A DNA stretch of 47,591 nucleotides, the filler included, from Jimgerdemannia flammicorona (lineage: Eukaryota), in NCBI GenBank assembly GCA_003990765.1. It is 2 parts of 2 records of this genome, joined end to end, with 100 filler letters (N's around TTAATTAATTAA, not from the genome) between each part and the next. Parts side by side here need not be neighbours in the genome. Positions count along the whole stretch, not along the records: positions 1 to 23,750 come from RBNJ01001070.1; positions 23,851 to 47,591 come from RBNJ01001071.1. One strand, written 5' to 3'. The notes below the pieces were generated by a model. The model ran no database searches. It worked only from the letters and a program-made list of their open reading frames with translations, and was not told the DNA's origin. Both the position numbers and the translations under genes were made by a program. Shown here piece by piece: positions 12,920 to 23,861 of the stretch. Position 1 is the first letter of the stretch. Every line of letters begins with the position of its first letter.

Positions 12920-13681
12920 TAGGTAGTGATATTGTATACTTATTCATAGACTGGTAATAAAGACGGAGTCCAAGTGACTATAAAAAAAAAAAAAATGAAA
13001 TTTCCTAATTGGGTATTGTCTGCAGTGATATGTCAATTCAATTAAGCTGGTCTTAGTTTCTTGAACTTCCTGAAATACAGAAAATCCTGAATATCTAAAA
13101 CTAGTCTAAAAAAGGACTTTAGTTGAGACATCAACTCAATTTTGAAATCAATAAGTGTAGAGAATATACTCTATATGAAATTGATCTTAATCTTAAGAAA
13201 ACAGTCTTCCAGAATATCCAGAACTTCCAGAAAACCCTTTCAGAACTACATAATGATTATCTTAACAAGTAACTCTCTTACAACTTAGTAGTAGTAGTTT
13301 ATAATCCAATTCTGCTTCAAGATGCTTTCTCATCTCATTACAAACACCTCTAAAAATTCTTATAAGTTGGTATAAAGCCCAACCTCTGAACTGAAATTTA
13401 TCCCAAACTATCTGACAATCTGGAGAGAATTGAACCTAATATATAAGGACAATTTGACCTCTACATTAGGACAAACTTCATTCAAAGAAAGAAGTACTCC
13501 AATTAAACTAGCAGATAGACAAAACTCTATTTACTGAACTCCTTACTCTATACCCCACAAGTCAAGATGAAGAAGGTCTTATAGAAGCCTTCTTTATTCT
13601 TCTCAACAAGAGTTTTGTCAGCTCCACAAATCTGAGTGACCTAGGATAACTAGCAGCAGTCTTTCTAGCCTTAGTTCCTTA

Positions 13682-14790
13682 TAGTGCTCCAAATGAATGG
13701 AGTTGATCCAGATGAGATTCGATTCAGATTCATCATGTGATGAATTTGAATTAACTCAGATTGGTCTTGTAATCTGATCCAGATGGATCAATCCAGATAG
13801 ATCAATCTGGATCAATCCAGATGGATTGAAATCTTTGGTGATATCATTCTTTCTTTTGTTCATTTTGCTCTTGTTTTTTTTTTTCCTGCCACACTTTGGT
13901 GACATCACCCTTTCCTTTGTTCTCTCTCTTTTTTTTGTTCTTTTTCTTTATTCTTTCCTGCCACATTATGAGCAAACAAAACAGCAGCCCTTAATTTGTA
14001 CATTGGTCCAGTCTACTCATTTTTCACTCTGCAATGATTGTTAAAAGAGAAGTATTCAAGGTGGAAATGCACTCTCTGCTGATAATATTAGATTCTTTCT
14101 CATATAGGCAGTATACAAGCTGTTCATCGAGAGCCAAAGGGGTGACAGCAGTGGTGATGGCAATGGTAATGGTGATAGCAATGGTGATGGTGATGGCAGG
14201 GATGAGGGTGAATTCTAGTAACAACTCACAGCAGCCCTTTGGACCTTGGAATTCACAGATCTCACAGCTATATATGTGGCAGCCTTTTTGGAGCAGCCAG
14301 TAGTAGATATAGATTGCTCTTTTCTGCCACTAATTTTTACTTGTTTAAATTCCCCCAGCATGACCTGATTCATCTCATGCTCTTCTTAGGGTCTACAGCT
14401 CTATGGTAAGATCTGCCAACTTTATTTGCAACATCTGGTCAAGATGAAGAAAGATTGGAGAACATTGCAGAGTATACCTTTGGTGGCTGAGCTATTAAGT
14501 CAATGCATTGCATAGCAGAGGTCTCAAAAGGAATAGAAGCAAGCCTTCATGAGCAATCTTATGCAACTTATATAACTTGTCGATATGTAACTCATCAACA
14601 TACAGCTCACTCACTCACTCACTCATGCTCTTTTTCTGAAATACCCATCTCTGTATTTTATTTAATTTCATTTTTTATGTGGTCTCCTCCTAAAAAACAC
14701 CTACACCCACATATAACTCACCTGCATGCAACTTACCCACACACAACCCATCCACACACAATCTGTCCACATGCAACCCATCCACATACT
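13682..14790 (+). mobile_element. hAT element left end with partial cargo gene, truncated
   Basis: Starts TAGTGCTCCAAAT with ATCCAGAT subterminal repeats. Colinear with 14791-~16000 and ends exactly where the next copy starts. Confidence 0.75.
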
Positions 14791-14879
14791 TAGTGCTCCA
14801 AACAGATGGAGTTGATCCAGATGAGATTTAATTCAGATTCATTATGTGGTAGATTCAAATCAACTCAGATTGGTCTCAT

Positions 14880-15023
14880 GATCTGATCCAGATTGATCTA
14901 GATTGATCCAGATTGATCCATCCAGATTGATCCATCCAGATTGATCTAGATTGGTCCATCCGGATTGGTCCATCTGGATTGGTCCATCCAGATTGGTCCA
15001 TCCAGATTGATCCATCCAGATTG
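14880..15023. repeat. Subterminal tandem array of (A)TCCAGATTG(G/A), 10/14-bp units
   Basis: Directly visible. A shorter related array is at ~13775-13828. Confidence 0.85.
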
Positions 15024-15252
15024 AAATCTTTGGTGACATCACCCTTTCTTTTGTTCATTTTGCTCTTGTTTTTTTTTTCTTACCATACTTTGGTGACATC
15101 ACCCTTTCCTTTTGCTCCCTCTCTTCTTTTGTTCTTTTCTTTGTTCTTTTTCTTTGTTCTTTTTCTTTGTTCTTTCCTGCCACATCACAAGCAAATAAAA
15201 CAGCAGCCCTTAATTCATACATTGGTCCAGTCTACTCATTTTTTACCCTACA

Positions 15253-17343
15253 ATGATCATCAAAAGAGGGAGTATTCAAGGTGGAAATGCACTCTCTGCT
15301 AATAATGTTAGATTATTTCTCATATGGACAGCACACAAGCTGCTCATTGAGAGCTAAAGGAGTGATGGCAGTGGTGGTGGTGATGGTGATGGTGATGGTG
15401 GGGATGAGGGAGAATTCTGGCAACAACTCATGATGGTCCTTCAGACCTCAGAATTCACAGACCTCACAGCTATATATGCAGCAGCCTTTTTGGAGCAGCT
15501 GATAGTAGATGTAGGTTGCTCACTCAGCCACCACTTGTTTACTTGTGTTTATTTAAACTTCACCAGCATGACTTAATTCACCTCATACTTTTCTTAGGAT
15601 CCACAACTCTATGGCAAGATCTGCTAACTTTATTCACAACATCTGGTCAAGATGAAGAAAGGCTGGCAGATGTTGCAGGGCATGCCTTTGGTGGCTGAGC
15701 TGTTGAGTCAATATATTGTATGGTGGAGGTCTCAAAAGGAACAGAAACAAGCCTTTATGAGCAATCTTGTGCAACTCATGCAACTTATCAGCATGCAACT
15801 CATCAGTATGCAACTCATCGGCATGTAGCTCACTCACTCACTCACTTATGCTCTTTTTCTGAAATACTCATCTCCATGTTTTATTTAATTTCATTTTTAC
15901 ATGGTCTCCCCCTAAAAAACACCTACAGCCGCACACAACCCACCCACACACAACCCACCTGTATACAACCTGCCCACATGCAACCTGCCTGCACACAACC
16001 CATCCACATGCAACCTGCCCACAACCTGCCTGCATGCAACCCACCTGCACACAACTTGCCTGCATGCAACCCATCTGCACACAACCCATCTGCATACTTA
16101 TTTTGGTCTCTCAGATCAGGGCTCAGTTCCATTGGAAAGGAGAGTTCAAAGTTACCTGAGTTCAACTACATCCAGCATCTGATCAAATAGAGAAATTTGA
16201 GGGCAAGATGTTCAGCATGAGCAGTACTAGCATCATCATCAAGGCTTGGGGGTCTACATTCGAATCAGAGCCAATCATACTCGACCAAGGGGTCCATTGG
16301 CCAGCAGGAGTAACCAATGATGAAAGAACTATATCTTTATTAATGAATGTGGAGAGGTGGTTGTGATGGTGGTAAGGAACCTCTATGGCAATGAGCTTCA
16401 CTGCCACATCAATGAGATTTGTGAGGATTGCATCAAATACTAGGTGGCAGGAAAGAGGGGGTGAAAAAAGCAAGGAGGGGGGGTTTGGATGAGAATTGAG
16501 TATACTGCAACACTGGTGAAGAGTGGGTTCTGGAGTTCCAAAATCCCCCACACTCATCTCCCTTTTTTTTTAACCCCTCTCCAGATAAATCACACTCTTC
16601 ACCAATATACTCTTTTTGATACAATTCCAGGGATGCACAAGATTCTGTACCCCTACCAGAACTTTAGAAGTACCATCAAAGAGCAAACTGCACGTGAGTA
16701 TGACGTGGCCTGTGCAGTGATAGCAGCTATGATCTGGGGTTCTTTGAGCAGATTGGTAGAGCGTACGGCAGGCCAGCTTGGTAGTGATCTTGGTGCAGCT
16801 GTACATATATTTTTGGCACAATTTAGTGTGCCATATGAGGTGAGGAGCTCCACTTTTTCAGAGTGCTACAGCCTGGGGGGTTTCTGCCCCCCTACATGCA
16901 AAAAGGACTGACTAGTTGCCATCTGTTTTGGCAGGTTTCCAAGCCAGAGCTCCCAGGACTGGACCAAGAGCAGGCATCCACCAGTACAACCTGGCAGTAT
17001 GAGGTCCTGGGCCAAGGGTTCACCCAACTGTATGCTCACATCATATCAGGATACATCAGGCACAACCTTTCTCTGCCCACACACACAGACAACAATGTCA
17101 TCCCGATAATGTTTTACATCCGGAAAGGAAGGACCCAACCTGGGAGAATGCAGTAGAGTCTGGTATAACCTCACCTACAGTTTCGGGGTCCCATTTGTGG
17201 CCAATATAGCTGTTCTATTCCAACCACATAACCACCATGGCACCATCACCTTTGAGGAGAGCTTGGACACAACAGTTGTCACACTCACAATAGATAATAG
17301 GCTCATCAAGGCCTGGGACCGGTGGGTGGAGCAGTTTTTGTGA
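15253..17343 (+). pseudogene. Multi-exon TET/JBP-like 2OG-Fe(II) dioxygenase (degenerate)
   Basis: ATG at 15253; GT-AG intron 15511-15597; acceptors at 16114 and 16584. C-terminal SGYIRHNLSLPTHTDNN (HxD at 17082-17090) and, after a frameshift, VWYNLTYSFGVPFVANIAVLFQPHNHHGTIT…RLIKAWDRWVEQFL* (HGT at 17236-17244). The family call rests on motif recognition only. Confidence 0.6.
15925..16095. repeat. Intronic ~15-bp minisatellite (CACACAACCCA/TGCCTG-like)
   Basis: Visible tandem units; related tract at ~14700-14790. Absent from the minus-strand gene copy. Confidence 0.8.
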
Positions 17344-17644
17344 GGGTTAGGCAATCTTTTGCAAGAGTTAGGCAGCCATTTTGTGTGGGTTAGGCAGCTA
17401 TTTTGTGTAGATTGGGCAAGTCTTATGTGGGCTGATTGCCTCTTATGTAGTACTAGCTTAGCTATTATGCAGGGCCCTACTAGCCCCTTGGCCCTGCTCT
17501 GTAGTACCACCAGTACAATACTGTGGCATAGGGCTGGGGTGCCCATGGGACCCAAACTGGTAACTTCAACTGCCAGAAACATCCTCCAACTGCCAGAAGC
17601 ACCCTCTGACTGCCAGAAGTACCCTCCACCCTGGACTCCTTGGT

Positions 17645-18110
17645 GGCTTGGAGCTGCTCCTATGCTGCTAGCAGAGGGCCACAAATTTTGTGTGCTTCCT
17701 CCGCCTGCCCCATCTGTCCTGGATACTTGCGGCTTGGGGCTACCCCTTGCTGCTGGCAGAGGGCTGCAAATTTTGCATGCTCCCTCTGCTGACTCTATGC
17801 CTGCCAACCCACCAACTGATCCTGCCCACTGATCCAGGCACTGACAGCTTGGGGCTGCCCCTCACTGCTGGTGGAGGGCTGCAAATTTTGCATGCTCCCT
17901 CTGCTTACCCCCTTGACCCAGACACTTGCAGCTTGGGGCTGCCCCTTGCTACCAGTGGAGGGCCACAAATTTTGCATGCTCCCTCCACTGACCCACCAAC
18001 CTGGCCACCAACCTGCCCACCAACCTGCCCACCGACCCAGGTACTGGCAGCTTGGGACTGCCCCTTGCTGCTGGCTGAGGGCTGCAAATATTGCGCACTC
18101 CCTCTGCTGC
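17645..18110. repeat. About five copies of a ~62-bp GC-rich hairpin-containing repeat
   Basis: Consensus GCTTGGGGCTGCCCCTTGCTGCTGGCAGAGGGCTGCAAATTTTGCATGCTCCCTCTGCT at ~17645, ~17730, ~17846, ~17930 and ~18049. Confidence 0.85.
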
Positions 18111-18258
18111 TGCTGCCAACCCCACCCCACTTGGGCCACAAACTCTGGGCCAAGTCCTCAGGTTTTTTTTTCCTTTTTTATTATTTTGAAAGGTATTAAT
18201 TTGAAAGATATTAAATATTCCACAAGGCCAACCAACTTATCCATGGAGCTGCTGAATT

Positions 18259-19160
18259 TTAGCAGCCCAAGCCCCACCAAGACTTCAGACACATATATGC
18301 TCAGATTGTCTCAGCATTCAGCGCATACCTCTTTGGAGCAATGAGGTCCACCCTATCTGAGAACACCTGCTTGACAGGAGTACTGGAGGCAGGAATTGCC
18401 AAGTAGTCCCAAGCCATACCATACAGGCTGGGGAAGTCTATTTGATGCAGCTGCACACCCCAATGGGTAGAGTGGTGGTTAGATTGGTAGGTTAAATTAA
18501 CCCAATGCCCACCTGACAATGCCCACCTGACAACCTACCTTCCACCAGTTGAGCACCTCTGCACCCTCCAGCAGGACCATGCAGTCACTGGCAAGGTAAA
18601 TGGTAAGTTTGTCTATTGACGGCAGCTCTTCCACTAATGGCTCCCTCTTCCTCTTTCTGCTGAAGTAAATGTGAGATAGGAGGGAATCCTCAGTATATTC
18701 GTCTGGACTTCAGCTGGAACCTTGCAGTGGTGTGTAGTTTTTCCAGTATACTTCAATTACGGCCTGCTTGGTTCTCTCAATGAAGTGCTGCTCCCAGCTC
18801 TGATCTTTATGGTATTGTAGCTTTAAGCATAGGTCCAGCACTGTTCAAAGAAAAGGAGAGTGAGTTTTTGCAGAGTTTCCTCTATTTTGGAAGGGGTAAT
18901 GGCCACATGCCAACATCAACATACCTGTACTGATTGAGTATACAGCGGTATCTGTTTGGAAGTAGTATTTCCTGAGCTTGCTTAGAGCAACCTCCATGAC
19001 ATCTCTCTGATCTGGGCTTAACTATAAATCACTGCAATCCTCCAGCCTGTCCTTGAGCTTGTCCTCTAGCTGGTCAATCAGAAGATTGTATACTGGTATC
19101 ACAGAGCTTATTGTCAAGGTTGTTTGTTTGACTATATTCTTTGTACAATCATCAAAACAC
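18259..19160 (-). pseudogene. hAT transposase, C-terminal part including dimerization domain
   Basis: Spliced product …TISSVIPVYNLLIDQLED…STVLD(LC)LKLQY…LNWWK|LHQIDFPSLYGMAWDYLAIPASSTPVKQVFS…MCLKSWW. GT-AG introns at 18924-18841 and 18538-18451. Confidence 0.9.
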
Positions 19161-19300
19161 TGGCAGTTATATGTAGTAAGATATTGCATTGTGCAGAGGC
19201 AGACAAAATGAGCATGAACATCTTTCTCCGATAACATTCAGGTTACACAACCCTTTGGCAACACTTTTGATACAGTTTTTGGAGAAAAGCTACTAGTATC

Positions 19301-21331
19301 ATGGCGACCAACAAGCATCCAGAGGTGCATACTGGACAGGGTGGCCCTGGAGCATTTGAATGGCAGCAAGTGGGGAGAGGCCCTGGCCTGGGGGAAAGTA
19401 GGAGGGGCCTGCTGGTGGGGGGCCGTGGTGGAAGAGGGGGCGGAGCTGGAAGTCAAGGGTCTGGCAGAGTGAGCTTTGTGGAGAAGGTAAAGGGGGGTCA
19501 GCAGGGAGCAGGACTGGAGAGCTGGCTGAGAGGGGGGAAGGTACCGGTGATAGCTTCCAGGCAGCAACCTCTTGGGGGTGCCTCTCTGGAGGGCCATAGG
19601 AGTGGAGCTGGGGGGGTAGCGGCTGGGGCAGGGACTGCTGATGGGGGTGTGATGGGTGATCTGAAAAAAAATCTAGATGAGACTGCTGATGGTGAGCCGA
19701 ACTGTGGGAAGGACATGAGGCCCAGGGACCTGGTGGATGGTGTAACGGGACTGGTGGTGGCCCCGTTACTCAAGAAGTCGATCTCGGCATTCGCAGTCAT
19801 GCTGTGCTTCCGGGGCTTAGCAGTGATGGCAAAAATGGTATTAGGGCTTATCGCTAAGCAGGTGGCGGGAGCAGCTTCGGTGAAGTTTCTGAAGGGACTG
19901 AAGGGGGTGGAGGTGGGATTTGAGGAGGTAGAACCACTGGAGGAGGCGCTGAAGGTTGGGTTAGTGGTTGGGGAGGTATACGTTCCAATGGCAAGGTGTT
20001 TGAAATGGGATCCGAGGGTGGTCCAACTGCTGGTGAAAGGAGTACCCACAGTGATGGCAATGGAGACAAGGAAGAGAGTGGAGGATGTCATGGCAGAGTA
20101 TGGAGAGGTGGTGGATATCAGATTCAGGGTCTGGGAAGAGACCATGCTCAGGACTGGGGATGTGGATGTGAGGATTCAGCTGGCTGGGAAAGAGGCTACC
20201 GGGAAAATGAGGGACTGGCCTTCAGTATTGGTCTGGGGGGCTTTCCTGTGCAAGGTGACGCAGGTGAAAGGAAGTGAAGAAGAGGAGGAAGATTTATTGG
20301 AAGTGCTGGAGGAGCTGGATGGGGCTGTGGAACGGCAAGCTAAGGCCTGGAAGACTTTCGAGAAGTCGACGCTCCTGGAGGTGGTGGATGGAAAGAGGAT
20401 TCAAGTGGACAAGGTGTAGTGGGAAAGGGCTCAGGGGCGGAAGAGGCAGAAGGATTTGCTGGCTAAGCTGGGGGGTGGACAACAGAAGAATGCGAGCATG
20501 AATATGGATACAGAAGGGGCCAGTGCGAGTGTCTGGGCTGGTGAGAGGAGTGGGAACGAAGGAGCAGGGTCAGGGAAGGTGAAGGAGGTGAAGATTAGAG
20601 ACCTATATGCTGATGGCACCTTGGAGATTTGGGATGATGGCTGGGAGAACTCCCCCACCCCTTCCCCTCTAATCAGGTGGGGCCCGGCTTCCAGGAACAA
20701 GCCTGGGGAGGACGTGATGATGCTGGGAACCCAGCAGGTGAAATTCAGCATTCCGGAGGTGTTGGATGGGGACCAAGTAGTGGTGGCAGGGGAGGAGGAA
20801 CTGGTGGATGTCCTGGAGGTGTGGGATGAGGACGTGAGTATGGGAGCGGACACCACGATACTGGATGGAGGGAGGCTGGCGACCCCTGGTGGAAAGGAGG
20901 TGGGGAACCTACTTTGGATATACCAGATGATGAATAACCTGGCAGCAGAAGAGCTGGGGGAGGTGGACTTGCGTGGGATGGGTGATGAGCACTGGACAAG
21001 AATCTTGTAGGGGGAAGGAGTGGCGATGGCGCTGAAGGTGGAAATTCTCGTGGTGTATCTGGAGGAGGAAGGGTATGAGGTGGATAAGGAGAGGGAGGCG
21101 GAGTTGGCGGTGGTTGCTGGGGAGAAGGCTGAGTACTGTTGGAACAGGCATCATGGGTTGCAGCTTTGGCAGGAGGCTTGCATCGAGTACCAAGAGGAGT
21201 TTGAGGAGAAGGCTGATGAGGAGATGAATGAGCTATTGGCTGGACTGGAGGCTCAGAGGGCTGAAGAGGAGGAGGTGATGGCTGAACATAATCTGGACAC
21301 AGCACAGGAGAAGCGGGGCATAGAGCAGTAG
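19301..21331 (+). pseudogene. LINE ORF1, copy 2 (~676 codons, two in-frame TAG stops)
   Basis: Track ORFs 19301..20419, 20456..21010 and 21020..21331 share one frame. Confidence 0.88.
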
Positions 21332-21361
21332 AGATTGATTGAGAACCAACCATATTTTATT

Positions 21362-23750
21362 ATGAACAGTACAACCAATATTTTTTCTTTGAACGTGAAT
21401 GGGCTAAGGGGCACAGTTAGACACAGGAACATTTTTCTTTGGTTGAAGGGATTGGAGGCCGATCTCTTCCTCTTGCAGGATGTCAGGTGTGAGGATGACG
21501 CTGATAGGATGGAATGGACTAAGGAATGGGGTGGTATGGTGATTTGGAATAGCAAGGTTGGGATTCTGGTTCAGAAAGGCAGAGGGGAGATAAAGGATGT
21601 GAGGAGCTGGGGGGAGAGACTGGTCTGGGGTGAGTGGATTCGAGCAGGTTGGGAGCCAGTCACAGTTGGCTCCTGTTACTACCCTGCGGTGTAGGGGGAG
21701 CATGTGGATTGGGTGAAAGGGCTCCTGGAGAGTGGGATCCTTGCTGAAGCTGGGTTGGATATGCTTGGAGGAGATTTCAATATGGTTCGAGATGTCCGGT
21801 TAGATAGAACTGATGGAGGACAGAGTGTGGAGAGCAGGAGTGGGGGGTTAGCAATGTGGGAGGAGGTTGAAAGGCTAGGAGCACTGGTGGATGCTGGTAG
21901 GGAGCACTGGGGGGATAGGAGAGTATATACGCATTGGGCTGGAGGTCTGGGGACAAGGATTGACTGGATTCTGATGGCCGACTGTTGGAGCCATGATGTC
22001 TGGAAGGTGATAGAGGTAGAATGATATCTGTGGTCAGATCACTGAGGCCTCTTGGGACAGGGGTGTTTTGGGGGAAGTGGAGATGGGCCTGGACATTGGC
22101 ACCTGAATTCCTCCTTGTTGGATGATGAGGTCCGGTGGGAGGAGTGGGCGAAAGACATTCAGCTGAAGGTGGCGAATTGGCGGCAGAAAGGGGCCGCGAT
22201 TGGGGTTCAGTGGATGAGGATGAAAGAGATGGCCAGGATGTATTGGAGCGAGGTTGGCAGAGTGGCTGGGAAGCAGCGAAGGCAGAAAGTGCATTGGGCT
22301 TCTACTAGATTGGCTAGGCTCCTGGAGGAGTGGGCGAGACTGGCTGCAGTGGAGGGAGAAGAGGATTGAAGAATAACGAGGGTGAGGATGGAGGTTGGGG
22401 AACTGCAACAGGTGCTACGGGAAGAGGAAGAGTCAAGGGTGCAAGGCCTGGTGGCATGGCTTCGTTGGCAGGGGGTGGAGGAAGGGGAAAGGCCTTCCAA
22501 GTATCTCACAAGGACACTTTGAGCAAGAAGGGTACAGCAGCGGTGGGAAGGGGTACTTGACTCAGATGATGTACTAGTGCATGGTGTACAGGACATCCTT
22601 GGAACGCTGAAGGCACGATGGAGTGGATTGTAGAGTGAGGAGGAGGGTGGGGCAGATGCTACAGCCATTGATCAAACATTAGAAGATTGGTACCCACCAC
22701 GAGCTGAGGGACTAGGTGACCTAGTGATGCCTGTAAAGGAGGATGAGATCCACCAGGTTCTTGTCACGACAGCCTCGAGCACGGCGCCTGGGGAGGATGG
22801 CCTCCCCTGGGATTTCTGGAAGCGAATGGTTGGAGTCCTGGGCATATTGGGGGAGTTGACAGCACTGTGTGACTCTATATTGCAGTCAGGGAGATGGGTG
22901 GGGGAGCAAGACCTTGGGCTGGTGATGCTGCTTTATAAGAACAAGGGAAGGCGAGAGGATTGGAAGAACTGGCGGCTGATAATATTGCTAGATATGGATA
23001 GGAAGTTGGTGACTAAGTTGGTAGTCACAAGGCTACAGAAGGTGGCCCAGCAAATTGTGGGTGTTGAACAGAGGGGCTTCATAGGGGGTCGGCTCATTAG
23101 AGATGGCATGGCCTGGGTACATGGAGTTATTGAAGGTGCTTGAACCTGTGGACTGGATGGGCGTCTTGTCTTCTTGGATCAGGAGAAGGCTTATGACCGG
23201 ATGCAGCAAGTCTGGCTGGCGAAAGTATTAGATAGAATTGGAGTTCTGGCCCCATTTCGGTCGGTGATAGTCAGCCTACTGGAAAGGAGTAGGGCTGCGC
23301 TCATGTGCAATGGGCATCGAGGGGTGGCTTTCCCTCTGGGTAAGGGAGTGCCCCAGGGGGACCCACTGTCCCCCGTTTTGTATGCTCTTTCCTTGGAACC
23401 TCTCATGGACAGGATTCAGTGGAGGATCATGGGGCTCTCTATCTATGGAGTTGGCTGGAAGGTTGGAGCCTTTGCGGATGATATGGTGGTTGGTTTGGGA
23501 GTGACTGCGGATGTTGAGGAGCTCCAGAAGACAGTGGAGTGGTATGAGGCGAACTCTGGGGCAAAGCTGAATTGGCACAAGTACGAAACAATGGTGCTGG
23601 GCAATGGCTTGGTGGGCAGAGAAGTTATTGGAACAATTGTCCCCACCAGAGAGGCAGTGCGGTACTTGGGCATCTATTTGTCGGTCTATGGGTCTGTTTT
23701 GCCCAGGCTGTGGTGGGAGCAGAGGATTGGAATTTGGGAGGAGGACCTGC
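21362..23750 (+). pseudogene. LINE ORF2, copy 2 (APE and RT, truncated by gap)
   Basis: MNSTTNIFSLNVNGLRG, GGDFN, SDH, APGEDG, GVPQGDPLSP, FADD, RYLG. Confidence 0.92.
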
Positions 23751-23850
23751 NNNNNNNNNNNNNNNNNNNNNNNNNNNNNNNNNNNNNNNNNNNNTTAATT
23801 AATTAANNNNNNNNNNNNNNNNNNNNNNNNNNNNNNNNNNNNNNNNNNNN
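23751..23850. other. Artificial assembly linker
   Basis: 44 N, TTAATTAATTAA (stops in all six frames), 44 N. Confidence 0.97.
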
Positions 23851-23861
23851 AAAAAGAGAAA

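Larger units (their letters stand above)
7161..12995 (+). mobile_element. Full-length L1/Tx1-type LINE, copy 1 (degenerate)
   Basis: 5' end CATTCAGGTTACACAACC; ORF1 plus ORF2; AATAAA at 12956; poly(A). 18-bp TSD ATGAAATTTCCTAATTGG at 7137-7154 and 12995-13012. Confidence 0.95.
6150..13282 (+). mobile_element. 3' part of the LTR-like unit, copy B, interrupted by a MITE and a LINE
   Basis: Segments 6150-6441, 6989-7154 and 13013-13282 together match ~1933-2670. Ends CTTACA. Confidence 0.75.
14791..19234. mobile_element. Putative composite hAT transposon (TIR, TET/JBP-like gene, convergent hAT transposase), interrupted by LINE copy 2
   Basis: TIR TAGTGCTCCAAAC at 14791 is shared with MITEs that have 8-bp TSDs. 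Subterminal repeats, cargo gene on + and transposase on -. The second TIR is not visible because of the LINE and the contig gap. Confidence 0.6.
19235..23750 (+). mobile_element. LINE copy 2 (5' complete, cut by the contig gap; least mutated copy)
   Basis: Same CATTCAGGTTACACAACC 5' end as copy 1; retains more CpG. Confidence 0.92.

Noticed and set aside
14860..15058. Repetitive MDQSGW/LDGSIW ORFs
   Set aside because: Translations of the subterminal DNA repeat array.
17645..18110. CRISPR-like repeat-spacer array
   Set aside because: Repeats are ~62 bp and degenerate, spacers are low-complexity and related to each other, there are no cas genes, and the context is eukaryotic.
23795..23806. 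TTAATTAATTAA palindrome
   Set aside because: Centred in an N-run; a synthetic six-frame-stop linker.
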